Below, in pieces: positions 19,344 through 30,518 of a DNA stretch of 64,000 nt. Within the stretch, counting starts at the first letter, position 1. Every line of letters begins with the position of its first letter. The DNA is from an uncultured Bacilli bacterium (lineage in GTDB: Bacteria; Bacillota_I; Bacilli_A; RF39; UBA660): the NCBI GenBank assembly GCA_934168275.1, contig CAKPNA010000001.1, positions 132,009 through 196,008 on the forward strand, read 5' to 3'. The notes under the pieces are model-generated. The model was not told where the DNA came from. It saw only the letters and a program-made list of their open reading frames with translations, and ran no database searches. A program made the translations under genes and the position numbers.

Positions 19344-20042
19344 CTATACCCGTTTTTCTTCTATTGCAATATCTTTAGCGGCTATTTCACCAATATTAGT
19401 TAATGCCACTTCAATATCTGTCATATTATCTCTAAGTGATTCCTTTCTAATTCCTTTATATTCTTTATATTCACTCGCCTTCATTCCAGACCAACCTTTA
19501 TAGATTTCATTTGTAAGTAATGCATATTCTATAGGATTAGTTATGCCTCCATTCTTCCATACATCTGTAAGCTTAAATTTATCAACTATTCCAGTAAGTC
19601 TTGTTTTTATCCACTCATCAGTATAACCTTTATTGCGATAATATTCTACTATCCTATTAACAGCCAGTTCTGGATTAAATACTTCATCTATCCTTTCACT
19701 ACCTAAATTAGCAAGCCATAATTTGAAAGGTTCTGCCTTTGGGCTTGGAACAGACTCTATTAACCTAAATATGTCTTTAGTTATCATGACATCTCTTAAT
19801 CTAATCTTTCGATCTGGAGCTAACATTTTTAACTGACTACAATTTGTAGTCACTTCGCTGCCTTCTTTTTTTAATCTATTTTTTAATACAGACCAATATT
19901 TTCTTGGCTCATTGCTATCTGTTAAAGCGCCAATTACATCAACTACACTAAAATAGTACTCTTCTCTTTCACTATTCCATACGCTTCTTATTTCTTTACC
20001 TTCAAACAAATTTGAAATTGTTTCTAATTTATTACTTATCAT
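19344..20042 (-). CDS. BRO-N domain protein (phage antirepressor-like)
   Basis: ..FEGKEIRSVWNSEREEYYFSVVDVIGALTDS.. is BRO-N-like. Confidence 0.65.
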   Translation of the reverse strand: MISNKLETISNLFEGKEIRSVWNSEREEYYFSVVDVIGALTDSNEPRKYWSVLKNRLKKEGSEVTTNCSQLKMLAPDRKIRLRDVMITKDIFRLIESVPSPKAEPFKLWLANLGSERIDEVFNPELAVNRIVEYYRNKGYTDEWIKTRLTGIVDKFKLTDVWKNGGITNPIEYALLTNEIYKGWSGMKASEYKEYKGIRKESLRDNMTDIEVALTNIGEIAAKDIAIEEKRV

Positions 20043-20079
20043 TTCATTCCCCTTTACATTGTTTTATTATCAATTACAT

Positions 20080-21009
20080 TTAATAATTCCTATTTCTACA
20101 CATATGATATGGCTTAACAATATCTTTAACATCTTTTGAAGCTAAAAACAAATAATCATTTATATCAATAGAACAAAACCTATCTAATTTTGAATTAATA
20201 TAATTAATAACTGCTATCATATTCGCTCTTATTTCTACTTCATACCCTAAATTTTCTTCTACTACTTGCTTATTATCTACTATATCAGATAACTCAGACC
20301 TATATTCAATTATTCCTAAAGCCCTTAAAGTCTGTGGTATCTTATAATCAGCACATCCTACCAAATGACTATAGTCAACCTTTGCTCCAATAATTAATTC
20401 TTTTATATGTAAAATATCAGAAGTTAATAATTGTGCTAACTTATAAAAATATATTTTTTGATTATTATAATCTCTTACATCACAAAAAACACTAAAATTA
20501 CTAATAATAATATCAAATAATTCCGTATCTATATTAACATCCTTAATAAAATTATAAAAATTACCATTCATCTTTTCATTGACAACATGGCATATTGATT
20601 CAATAGTATTATATCTTTCTCTTAAAAAAGGAATATCAATATTTCCCTTCAATATCTGAGAAAATTCTTCAAAAGAAACATGAGAAAAATCAACGTCATT
20701 AGTTTTCTTCACATAACTTAACAGTGCATATAATAAAGCATCTGACCCATCTTTCTTTCCCTCTATAGTTTCTATTGTCCATTTAGAATTACCCCAAAAG
20801 CAATAATTTATTGAATCATATAGTAGCATAAAATTAATTATTTTATCAATACTCATATCAAATAAATTATAAGGATTACTACTAAGCCAAAACTTTATTT
20901 TTTTAACATTAATATTCTTTATATATTCATCTAACACTTTGTAATTAATTACTACATATTTACTATTTTCAGCAACATAATTACAAGATTCTCTAATTTT
21001 TCCTAACAC
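20080..21009 (-). CDS. possible queuosine-salvage family protein (DUF2419/Qng1-like)
   Basis: ..LLYDSINYCFWGNSKW.. resembles the conserved DUF2419 core. Assigned from memory of the family and not verified. Confidence 0.4.
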   Translation of the reverse strand: MLGKIRESCNYVAENSKYVVINYKVLDEYIKNINVKKIKFWLSSNPYNLFDMSIDKIINFMLLYDSINYCFWGNSKWTIETIEGKKDGSDALLYALLSYVKKTNDVDFSHVSFEEFSQILKGNIDIPFLRERYNTIESICHVVNEKMNGNFYNFIKDVNIDTELFDIIISNFSVFCDVRDYNNQKIYFYKLAQLLTSDILHIKELIIGAKVDYSHLVGCADYKIPQTLRALGIIEYRSELSDIVDNKQVVEENLGYEVEIRANMIAVINYINSKLDRFCSIDINDYLFLASKDVKDIVKPYHMCRNRNY

Positions 21010-21168
21010 ACTATCACTTCCACACTATTGTTTTGTTTCAAGAAACTCTAATACACCTTTATTTTCTAATTGTTTCTTTTCTTTTTCAAGTTCTTTCAAA
21101 CTTTTATCAGGTGTTGGCATTTCTTCTGGCATCATCCCGCCAATATCAGCAATAGCCTTTCTGACTTT

Positions 21169-21894
21169 TTAGCCAACTTCATAATGGACATCTTTTGCTT
21201 CTCTCTCACCCTGTACATTATCTTTTAAAAGTTTTTGTTTAGTTTGATTTATTCTGAATAAATTAGCCACTAATTCATCTTCATTCATATTATCTAAAAT
21301 GTCTTCTCTATAACGTAATTTTTTTCTTTTAAATATATCGTCAGCAGTTTCTCCATTATACAAGCCCTTATATCCAGCATTATGAAACTCTGCCATGTTT
21401 TTTACACCAGCTGCTGAAGCAACCTTTTGTAATGTATAATTTCCTTGCTTTGTTAACCTTCTTTGATAAAATCTTTTTTCAGTATTTGATAACGAATCAT
21501 ATTCTTGTTCAGTTATTTCTTGTTTTCTAGTTTGTATTGCAAAATAAGTTTGCCCTAAAGCGACAACTTCTTTACTTGGATCAGCATTTTGTACTATCAA
21601 ATAACATATATATCTTGATAATTTATAGTCTTTAATAAATTCTTTTTTGCCCTTACCAGTTTTTATTGGCTTGTTGACATCAACAACCCAATTGTTTTTA
21701 CCTGAAACACTATTGTTTGCTGATAAAATTGCTTTATCTATTACTTTTTGAAAATTTCTCCAATCTTTGTATTCTAAAACTTTTGAAAGTTCTCTAACAA
21801 ACCAATACTCATTACCACACTCATCAATATGCTTTATATTTTCAAAAACACTATTAGAATACACATCTACTATTTCATTCATTTCTATACTCAT
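21169..21894 (-). CDS. DinD-like (DNA-damage-inducible protein D family, BRO-N related) protein; 47 further in-frame codons follow its TAA stop
   Basis: ..NEYWFVRELSKVLEYKDWRNFQKVI.. matches the E. coli DinD N-terminal region. After the TAA at 21171..21169 the same frame stays open to 21025. Confidence 0.65.
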   Translation of the reverse strand: MSIEMNEIVDVYSNSVFENIKHIDECGNEYWFVRELSKVLEYKDWRNFQKVIDKAILSANNSVSGKNNWVVDVNKPIKTGKGKKEFIKDYKLSRYICYLIVQNADPSKEVVALGQTYFAIQTRKQEITEQEYDSLSNTEKRFYQRRLTKQGNYTLQKVASAAGVKNMAEFHNAGYKGLYNGETADDIFKRKKLRYREDILDNMNEDELVANLFRINQTKQKLLKDNVQGEREAKDVHYEVG

Positions 21895-22299
21895 CCCCCA
21901 ATCATACCTATTGCATTAGTTAGCCTGTTGAACCTAACAATTATCTTTATTTAAAATAATATTATATCTTTTTGATAAAACTATACTATATTTAACATGC
22001 TCAATCTAAAATCTATTTCTAACTATCTTGACAATATCGACAAACACGCAAAATTAATCATAGTTCTATAATAAGTAATACCATAATTAATAAACTAAAT
22101 CAACAAAATTAACTAAATATATCATAAACACTATCTTCCATCAATATCGTTTCCTCTAATAAAATCATCTTACCATTTACTAATGGGCAATTACACATTG
22201 ACTTTCTAGCATTCTTTAAATATACCTCATATCTTCTTGTCCCACTAACAACACCTCTAAATCTACTTAAATTATACCAAACATCACCATATTATTCCA

Positions 22300-22334
22300 T
22301 AATAAAAGCACTATTTTTAATTAAATAATGCTCT
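22300..22334 (-). terminator. intrinsic terminator after the hybrid kinase gene
   Basis: AGCAUUAUUU-loop-AAAUAGUGCU then UUUUAUU on the minus strand. Nearly the same sequence occurs at 26088-26121. Confidence 0.4.
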
Positions 22335-22340
22335 TCAATC

Positions 22341-24116
22341 TTATAACCATTTATTTATCTTATTCATTAAATCATCTTTATCAATAGGCTTAATTATATA
22401 ATCACTAAACCCACTATCTTTATAACCTTCATCATATTTAATACTATTATTTGTAGTAAGAAGAATAACATTAGTATCAAACCCTTTTATCTTACTAAAT
22501 TTATTCATAACACTAATACCATTCATATAAGGTATATCTTCATCTAATAATATTAAATCATACTTATCCCCTTTTCTAATTCTATCTAGTGCTTCCTTAC
22601 CTAAAGTAGAACTATCATATAAAATATTATGTTTATCTAATATTTTACCAATTAATTTAATATTAGAATTATCATCATCTACTATTAATATCTTTTTATT
22701 ATTAACATAACTATAATAATTATCTTTATTATCGATACCAATCTTTTGATCTAATATAATTGTAATAGTCGTCCCCTTATTATACTCACTACTAATAAGT
22801 AAATTACCACCCATCATATTAATAATCTTTCTAGCACCATATAAACTATTTTGATCTTTAGTATTTTTATTTAAACATTTATCTAATTCTTCGGCTCTTA
22901 TCCCTATACCAGAATCTTCTATCTTTATAACTAATCTAGCAATATCATTCTTAAATATTGCGTTAGCGGATAATTCAACATAACCTCTAGCTGTATATTT
23001 ATAAGAATTACCTAAAATAGTATTCAATACATTCTTTAAATTAATACTATCTCCATATAAAATATCAGGAAGATTACTATCTATACTATCTCTAAAATTA
23101 ATAGTTTTACCTTCAAATAATTTCTTATTCTTTCTTACTATTTCTTTTAATAATACCTTAATATTATATTTATTACTAATAGTTTTAACATTAATATCAT
23201 CAATAACATCAATATTATATATATCATTAGCCATACTATATAACTTATTATTTGAAGATATTATCTTTCTAGCAAAATATTTGTTGTCTTCTATATCATC
23301 ACTATTAAGTATTTCTTCAGATGATTTATTAATATCTCTAGCAACATTCTTAACATCATTCATCATATTATATATAAACATACTTTTGTCTTCATTAGCT
23401 GCATCAGCAATCTTCTTAGATATATGAGCTTCTTCAAGTAATTTCTTATCTGGGTTTTCTATTGTAAAATACATAATTACTGTAATGAAAGCCTCCATCG
23501 AAGTAAATGCCAATATCTCAGGATAAAGTTTTTGAATTATTCCAACTAAAACTCCTATTACCATATATACATATATAGGCAAATATTTTTTACTTTTAAT
23601 ATTCTTAAAGTTCTTAACTAAACAAGTAAGCATAAGTATAATATATAACGTACTACTACCAAAAACTATATTTACACTAGGGCCATATGAATACATAACA
23701 TATCCTAAAGTATTTATATTAAATTGAATAGGTAACACAAATATTAAAATCATCGTAATTATATCTATTATAATATGAAACATAGTAACTTTTTTCAAAT
23801 ACAACTTCAACTGATTCTTTTCCCTATTTGAAGAAATTAAAAATACATATATACTAAATACAGAGCACCAAACAGTTAATTCAACTAAAAAAAGTTTATT
23901 TAAAATTGTATAGAACTTTAAATAATCTTTAGCATATCCTGCAAATATTGTACAAAATAATTCTAAAATTATTCCAATAAAATTAATGATGATAAGTTTT
24001 GAATAAACTTTGTTTTCAAGTGTCTTAATTTTATCTTTTGAAAAATATGCTATCATTAATAAAATATTATAGAAAAAACTTATTATTGTTAAAAATATCG
24101 TAGTATTTATTTTCAT
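22341..24116 (-). CDS. hybrid sensor histidine kinase/response regulator with polytopic N-terminal membrane domain
   Basis: Six or more N-terminal TM helices, a HATPase_c region (..IEDSGIGI..GGNL..) and a C-terminal receiver (KKILIVDDDNSNIKLIGKIL...DLILLDEDIPYMNG). Confidence 0.8.
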   Translation of the reverse strand: MKINTTIFLTIISFFYNILLMIAYFSKDKIKTLENKVYSKLIIINFIGIILELFCTIFAGYAKDYLKFYTILNKLFLVELTVWCSVFSIYVFLISSNREKNQLKLYLKKVTMFHIIIDIITMILIFVLPIQFNINTLGYVMYSYGPSVNIVFGSSTLYIILMLTCLVKNFKNIKSKKYLPIYVYMVIGVLVGIIQKLYPEILAFTSMEAFITVIMYFTIENPDKKLLEEAHISKKIADAANEDKSMFIYNMMNDVKNVARDINKSSEEILNSDDIEDNKYFARKIISSNNKLYSMANDIYNIDVIDDINVKTISNKYNIKVLLKEIVRKNKKLFEGKTINFRDSIDSNLPDILYGDSINLKNVLNTILGNSYKYTARGYVELSANAIFKNDIARLVIKIEDSGIGIRAEELDKCLNKNTKDQNSLYGARKIINMMGGNLLISSEYNKGTTITIILDQKIGIDNKDNYYSYVNNKKILIVDDDNSNIKLIGKILDKHNILYDSSTLGKEALDRIRKGDKYDLILLDEDIPYMNGISVMNKFSKIKGFDTNVILLTTNNSIKYDEGYKDSGFSDYIIKPIDKDDLMNKINKWL

Positions 24117-24187
24117 TTTTTCAGCACCTCTTTATACCTCTTTATACTATACAGAATTATATCATAATACAAAATCAAAAGAAAGCA

Positions 24188-26026
24188 TTATTTAGTGCTT
24201 TCCTCTAACTTTCTCACTCTTGTCTTTTCAACTTTTTTATAATCAACTTTACCAACTGATGTAAGTGGTAAATCTTCTTCAAAGATAAAATCATCAGGTT
24301 GTGAATATTCAGAAAGTTTATCTTGACACAATTTTATTAATTCCTCTTTTAGTTCTTTAAGTTCTTTCACACTATCTTTTTTTACAACGATGTGAGCTTC
24401 AGGAGAGAAACCATATACTTGATCAGGAACAGAAATAACACAACAATTGTCAATATCAGGATGACTCGTAATAATTCCCTCAATATATGAAGGATATAAT
24501 TTAAAGCCTCCATGAGTAAACATTCTTTTATATCTTCCTTTAAAAAATAGAAAACCATCTTCATCAATTAAACCAACATCTTCGGAATGAATCCATCTTT
24601 TACCATCGCTATGTACTTTTATTACCTTATCCTCTTCTTCTTTATTATTTAAATAACCAAGCATTTCAGTTGGACCTGTTATACATATTTCCCCTTCTTC
24701 ACCATACTTTAATTCCTTATCACTACCTCTTTCAAAAATACCATAAATATTAAGTGGAAGTGGAATACCCAAACTTGTAAACTTATTAACATCACCCATA
24801 CAAGTTACTGCAGTCCCAGATAATTCTGTCATACCAAAACCTTTATCTATACTACCAATAGAATTATGATGTTCTAAAAAGCCTTTAACTTCTTTTTCCT
24901 GAGCTTCGGTAAAAGATTCCCCACCTACTCCAATATGCTTAATGCATTTCCAATTCATAGAATTTGCTTTTTTATCATGAACAAAATGCTCAACATAAGT
25001 AGGAACAGTAGCAGTATGATTAGGTTTATATTTAATCATAAACTCTGTAAACTCTTTAGGAGATAATATAGGAGCAATAATATTAGTCATACCTAAACAC
25101 ATAGGCATATGAATAGTAACAACAATACCATACGCAACAAATGGAACAATACCATTTAAAAAAGTATCACCTTTATTATAATTAGCATTAAGTGATTTAT
25201 ATTGAATAGCCATAGCATTAAAGTTTTCATTAGATAATTTAACTGTTTTAGGTACACCAGTAGTCCCTCCAGTATGAACTAAAGCTGCTACCATATCCTT
25301 CTTATATCTAGGATATCTAGTATAACGATATTTAGAAACATTCATTAAATCATTCCATGTCATATATTTATCTTTTTTCTTTATCTCATCTATCTTACTA
25401 TATAAAATACTATCTTCTTTTCTAGCTTTCTTTTCTGCTAATACATTAAATGGAAATAATACTGAATTAAATGGACTTAATGTAATAACATTTTCTACTA
25501 TGTTATCAATTTCTTCATCATCCATACACTTATCAAACTCAGGTAAGAAATTATCCATAACTACTACTGTGCTAGATTTTACTTCCTTAAGATATTTTTT
25601 TATTTGTCTATAATCACTTCTTACATCAATTAAATTAATAATAGCTCCTAACTTATTTAATGCATAGAATAAAATCTCTAATTCAGGATTAGCAATAGAC
25701 ATAACCGTTACTACTTCACCTTCAATAACACCAAGATTATATAATCTTCTAGCAGTCTCATCTATCATATCTATAAATGCTTTATAACTAATCTTCTTAC
25801 CATAATATATAATTGATTTAGTATTTAAATTATCTTTATTTTGACTTACCATATATTGATAAGCAGTTAATTCAGGTATACTAGCAGTAAGTGCTTCTTT
25901 AGTATAATATTTCTGCCAAGGTTTATCAATTGAAGCATATCCCGTAATTTTTGTATCTCTATCAACTACATAACTATCATTCATTTTACTATAAATATCA
26001 ATATTCTTTATAGACATATATATCAT
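24188..26026 (-). CDS. AMP-dependent synthetase/ligase (acyl-CoA synthetase-like)
   Basis: AMP-binding motif AALVHTGGTTGVPKTV; 612 aa. Confidence 0.8.
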   Translation of the reverse strand: MIYMSIKNIDIYSKMNDSYVVDRDTKITGYASIDKPWQKYYTKEALTASIPELTAYQYMVSQNKDNLNTKSIIYYGKKISYKAFIDMIDETARRLYNLGVIEGEVVTVMSIANPELEILFYALNKLGAIINLIDVRSDYRQIKKYLKEVKSSTVVVMDNFLPEFDKCMDDEEIDNIVENVITLSPFNSVLFPFNVLAEKKARKEDSILYSKIDEIKKKDKYMTWNDLMNVSKYRYTRYPRYKKDMVAALVHTGGTTGVPKTVKLSNENFNAMAIQYKSLNANYNKGDTFLNGIVPFVAYGIVVTIHMPMCLGMTNIIAPILSPKEFTEFMIKYKPNHTATVPTYVEHFVHDKKANSMNWKCIKHIGVGGESFTEAQEKEVKGFLEHHNSIGSIDKGFGMTELSGTAVTCMGDVNKFTSLGIPLPLNIYGIFERGSDKELKYGEEGEICITGPTEMLGYLNNKEEEDKVIKVHSDGKRWIHSEDVGLIDEDGFLFFKGRYKRMFTHGGFKLYPSYIEGIITSHPDIDNCCVISVPDQVYGFSPEAHIVVKKDSVKELKELKEELIKLCQDKLSEYSQPDDFIFEEDLPLTSVGKVDYKKVEKTRVRKLEESTK

Positions 26027-26087
26027 CCCCTCAAATAAATTACCTATATAATACTCTATTTTTACAAATTAGTCAAACATCTAATCA

Positions 26088-26121
26088 ATAATAAAAGCAC
26101 TATTTAAACTAAATAATGCTC
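26088..26121 (-). terminator. intrinsic terminator after the 819 aa gene (near-duplicate of the 22300 terminator)
   Basis: Shares aataataaaagcactattt...taaataatgctctt with the 22300 site. Confidence 0.4.
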
Positions 26122-26127
26122 TTATAT

Positions 26128-28587
26128 TTAATATTCTCTTTTTCTAGTATATCCCTTAGAATTATCTATATCTTCATTTTTTGGCACCGGTATCTCTTGC
26201 CACTCTCCTACTGACAATTCTCTAGAAGAAGTTATTTGCTCAATATATTTATTAACATCCGTACTTATTTCTAATAACTGATCATCTGATACGCCTAGCT
26301 TTCTTAATTCTTCTAAATTATCTCTCATACCAACATTATTTTTAGATACTACACTTTCAAGTAATTTAGCAATATATTTATTAGCTTCTATTCCCATTCT
26401 TTGATTATCTATTCCAATATTCATTAAATTAGAAGCACCTATTAAAGGTATTAATGTATCTCTAGCCATTTCTAATCCGGTAATAGTAGTTAAATCACCT
26501 TTAATTAATACATATAAACTATATATATAATTTCTTAATAATTGATCTGTTAATGCAAAACTATCTCTCTTAGCATTCAATGCTTTTAAATATACATCAA
26601 TCTTTAATGTCTCAAGTACATCATCTTTATCTATTTCATTCATTTTTATTCTATAATACTCTATTGCATCATTTACTTTATCCAAGTATTCAAGATTCTT
26701 CTTTCTATATACTTCCATATATCTAACTAAATCTTCAAATGTTTTTATATCTTGATATAATGGTTCGATATGTTCAACAACTTTTTTCTTTAATTCTTCT
26801 AATACATCTTCATTAATATCAATACTAGGTTCTTCTTGCTCTCCTGTACCAAATATTCTATCAAACCAAGATTGTTTTTTTCTAGTACTTGTCTCTTTAC
26901 TATATATCTTATCTATAACATCTTTTATACTAGCAACACTACTATTTCTTTCTCCTTGTTTTACTACTTCTGGAAACTCACTATTTATATATTTAGTATG
27001 AATACCAAGTTCACTACCATAACTCACAATATCTGTAGTACTATCAGGTTCTAATTCATATGCTTTTAATTCTGCTAAAATAGTTGTTCTCTCTTCCATT
27101 GATAAAGTGTCAATATAATCTTTATTGTAAATAAGCTCTGCTTTATATGCTATATAATCTACACCAAAGCTTTCTACTATTTTTCTTACCACATCTGAAT
27201 CTTTTCTGAATAACATTCTAGTCAAATCATTCTTTGTAATTGTAGTTTTTTTACTATCACAATATTTTTTAAAGTACTCAATAAATATATCATAATTTAA
27301 ATCTTTATCACTATTTAATTCATCCGCACTATATCCTAGTAATTCTAAAACTTTCTCATAAGTTATGTTATATTTACTTACATATTCATCATTACTTCTA
27401 TAAGCTTTACCATATTCATCATAAAATATATTATTTTCACTTACATATCCCTCAATTAATCCTAAAAATAAAGATAAATCTTCTATATCACTATCACTTA
27501 ACTGTTCTACTATTCCTCTTTTATTATTTACTAAATATTCATATATCCTAACAGCATCCACTACTATAATTTTAGATACTCTATCAAATTCAAAGTCTAA
27601 GCATTCATCTACTTGCTTTCTTAACAATTCTCTTTGCTCTTTTACTTTAATTTCTTCTCTTACTTTATCTAAATCACATAAATCATCATAATTAATATTT
27701 AAACCAGCTAAAAATCTAACCGTTTTCATATCTTTATTTTCTTTAGTAAATATTTTAACTTTTATCTTACCATTTTCTTCTGTTACAAATGGCATTAACT
27801 CAGAAACAACAATATTTATATCAAGTTTACCATCTAAATATGCATCTATTCGTCTTTCATACCAATCATTTATACTATCAATAGTAATACCAACATACAT
27901 ATATATCTTACTATCTTCGTGATTAGTATATAATACCGCATACAAAATAGCTAACTTTGTATTTTCTATATCATCATGTTCTTTTCCAAGTATTGTTTTA
28001 TTCATAGCATCATATGCTTTATAGGCCATCTCCATAAAATTATAATATTGATTAGATTTATTTATAAAGCAATATTCTTTTAATTTGCTGTCCATATCTC
28101 TATAAAAGGAAAAAACGCTACATTTCGATTTATCAAGTTTTTCTTCTATACGGCTATAAACTTTTTTAATAACCTCACTATTATCACAAGCTCTATTACA
28201 TAAGTTCATTGCTACATCATCTATTGTAATATCACTAGGTTTTTTATTAACATTAATCCCACCATATACAAATCTAGAAAATTTATCAATCGCTACTTTT
28301 TGATTTAATTCTTGACTATCTATTTCTTCTTTAGTAATTGGTATATTTAATATTTCTAATACTTCCTCTAAACTAAAACCATACCACACATAAAACTCAT
28401 CAGCCTTTGTATTATAAAACGAAGAAGCAATATATAACGCTAAAAGTGCTACATCATCATATGAATGTAATATATTTTTATTATATTTACCATCTTTCAT
28501 TTTTTCTACCAATAATTGATAAGTTTTTGTAGTAAAATTAACAAAATCTCTAGTTTCTGCATTTAATTTATCATATGTTAAACTCAT
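26128..28587 (-). CDS. hypothetical large cytoplasmic protein (819 aa)
   Basis: Long ORF with ordinary codon usage and no recognised motif. Confidence 0.5.
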   Translation of the reverse strand: MSLTYDKLNAETRDFVNFTTKTYQLLVEKMKDGKYNKNILHSYDDVALLALYIASSFYNTKADEFYVWYGFSLEEVLEILNIPITKEEIDSQELNQKVAIDKFSRFVYGGINVNKKPSDITIDDVAMNLCNRACDNSEVIKKVYSRIEEKLDKSKCSVFSFYRDMDSKLKEYCFINKSNQYYNFMEMAYKAYDAMNKTILGKEHDDIENTKLAILYAVLYTNHEDSKIYMYVGITIDSINDWYERRIDAYLDGKLDINIVVSELMPFVTEENGKIKVKIFTKENKDMKTVRFLAGLNINYDDLCDLDKVREEIKVKEQRELLRKQVDECLDFEFDRVSKIIVVDAVRIYEYLVNNKRGIVEQLSDSDIEDLSLFLGLIEGYVSENNIFYDEYGKAYRSNDEYVSKYNITYEKVLELLGYSADELNSDKDLNYDIFIEYFKKYCDSKKTTITKNDLTRMLFRKDSDVVRKIVESFGVDYIAYKAELIYNKDYIDTLSMEERTTILAELKAYELEPDSTTDIVSYGSELGIHTKYINSEFPEVVKQGERNSSVASIKDVIDKIYSKETSTRKKQSWFDRIFGTGEQEEPSIDINEDVLEELKKKVVEHIEPLYQDIKTFEDLVRYMEVYRKKNLEYLDKVNDAIEYYRIKMNEIDKDDVLETLKIDVYLKALNAKRDSFALTDQLLRNYIYSLYVLIKGDLTTITGLEMARDTLIPLIGASNLMNIGIDNQRMGIEANKYIAKLLESVVSKNNVGMRDNLEELRKLGVSDDQLLEISTDVNKYIEQITSSRELSVGEWQEIPVPKNEDIDNSKGYTRKREY

Positions 28588-28689
28588 ACTATATTCCCCC
28601 CAAATGTTGCTTTATTATATCATAAACAAATGTATGTGTCAATATGTCATAATATACCGTTAAAAATAATAGACTCTTATTTAAGCCTA

Positions 28690-29499
28690 TTATCTACTAT
28701 GTCTTACTTCATTATCTAATTTATGTGGATATCTAATAACTTTTTTCTCATTATTAAATATCACTGCATTAGGATACAATCTACTTAATTCATCTAATTC
28801 TTCATCGCCATAATTAATTTTCTTTATGCATATGCCATTAATTAAGAATGGTGGTATCCCTCCCGGAATAGCAGACCAATAATTAGTTTTAAATTCATAT
28901 TCATATCGCATCCCCTTACCAGCTGGTGATAAAGGTTCAATAAGATTTTCAAGTAAATCTATTTCTTCTTTAGTATATATTTGAGGTATACTTTCTGGAG
29001 AAGTTTCTTTTATATGTTCAAACTCAAAATAATCTAAGTGAAGTAAATATTGCATAATAGGATTTGTATCATCAAAAAATAGTAATAATCCTCTTCCAAT
29101 ATTTAATCTACTATAATTATCTTCTGCAAGATCCCCTCTATATTGATATTCATCATCTTTCATTCTTGAAACAAAAGTACAAAAACATCCTTCTCTTTCT
29201 GATTCAAGTAAGCCAAACCATTCACTTGCTAATACTCCATATTGAGAAATTAATCTTAAACTATTAAGATCAGAAGAACATCGATGATTAACCATATAAG
29301 ATTTAATAATAACATTATTATCTACATCAATACTCATTGGTGTTACTTCACTATCTTTAGCTTTTTCATATAAATTATAATACAATCTCTCTAACATTCT
29401 AATTTTATCTTTTAAATAATCACTATCTACTAAATCATGTTTAGATAAATCTTTAAATTCACCTTCAGCATTGCCAAGATTAGCCCCTTTAATTACCAT
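28690..29499 (-). CDS. hypothetical protein (269 aa)
   Basis: ORF with no recognised motif. Confidence 0.45.
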   Translation of the reverse strand: MVIKGANLGNAEGEFKDLSKHDLVDSDYLKDKIRMLERLYYNLYEKAKDSEVTPMSIDVDNNVIIKSYMVNHRCSSDLNSLRLISQYGVLASEWFGLLESEREGCFCTFVSRMKDDEYQYRGDLAEDNYSRLNIGRGLLLFFDDTNPIMQYLLHLDYFEFEHIKETSPESIPQIYTKEEIDLLENLIEPLSPAGKGMRYEYEFKTNYWSAIPGGIPPFLINGICIKKINYGDEELDELSRLYPNAVIFNNEKKVIRYPHKLDNEVRHSR

Positions 29500-29514
29500 A
29501 TTCTATCCTCAAAA

Positions 29515-30432
29515 TTATTTCTCATCATCTTTAGAATCTTTACTTAATCCTTCTTTAATACCTTTACTAATTTCTTTAGCCATTTCTCCATAAGCTGGTG
29601 CCATTTCTTTAGCAATACTAGCGCCTGCTTTACCAATAGTTGGAGCCATCTTTTCTATTCCTTCTTGTGCGACCGGCATAACTTGTTGCGTATGGAACGC
29701 TAGTATCTCTCTTTGTCTTGTTGTCATATAAATAGAACCTGCAATCATGCAAGAAGCAATAATAATAAATCCACCAATCATATAAAATGGTATACTATCA
29801 TATGAATCAAAATCTTTATTAAAATCACTCTTATCATTTAATTGACTTACTAAAGTACAATAATGTGAAATATACATATTATTTTTAGTATCTCCTACGC
29901 AATAATTTAAATTAGTACTTAATACACTTTCAATTACATTTATAGCTATTGAGTCTTCATCCCTATTACTAGATAATAAACAATAATCTTTAGTTAACTC
30001 ATTATTCTTATATTCATCAAAAGCACAATAACTAAAACTAGGATCTAATACATTAGTTATTATCTTTAAACTATAACTTTCTCCATCATCATATTTAGTA
30101 AAATTATCATATTTAATTCCTTTACTAATTAATTCTTGCTTTTTATTTTCAAGATTCTGTTTCTCAACTCTTAATGCTTCATCTCTTTTACTTTCAAGTT
30201 CTGCTTTCTTAGTCTCTAAATTAACTTTCTCTGCTTCTATATCATTTTGCAATTTCTTAATAGTATCTTCTGAATAATTAGAATTAGTCTTACTCTGTTT
30301 TAAAATACCTACAGTAATTAAAGAACCTCCTACTAAAAGTCCCATTACAAGAACTATAATAGCAACCATCTTTAATTTTTTCTTACCCTTCTCATAATTT
30401 TCTTCCGTTAAAAATTCTTTCTTCTCACTCAT
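29515..30432 (-). CDS. hypothetical membrane protein with coiled-coil region and two TM helices
   Basis: An N-terminal TM (IIVLVMGLLVGGSLITVGIL), a heptad-like middle region (..KVNLETKKAELESKRDEALRVEKQNLENKKQEL..) and a second TM near the C-terminus. Confidence 0.45.
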   Translation of the reverse strand: MSEKKEFLTEENYEKGKKKLKMVAIIVLVMGLLVGGSLITVGILKQSKTNSNYSEDTIKKLQNDIEAEKVNLETKKAELESKRDEALRVEKQNLENKKQELISKGIKYDNFTKYDDGESYSLKIITNVLDPSFSYCAFDEYKNNELTKDYCLLSSNRDEDSIAINVIESVLSTNLNYCVGDTKNNMYISHYCTLVSQLNDKSDFNKDFDSYDSIPFYMIGGFIIIASCMIAGSIYMTTRQREILAFHTQQVMPVAQEGIEKMAPTIGKAGASIAKEMAPAYGEMAKEISKGIKEGLSKDSKDDEK

Positions 30433-30518
30433 TTTATCTACTCCTTCTATTAAAATTATATCACATTAAACTCATATCGTACATACATTAAAAGAAAAAA
30501 GTACTATCACAAGTACTT

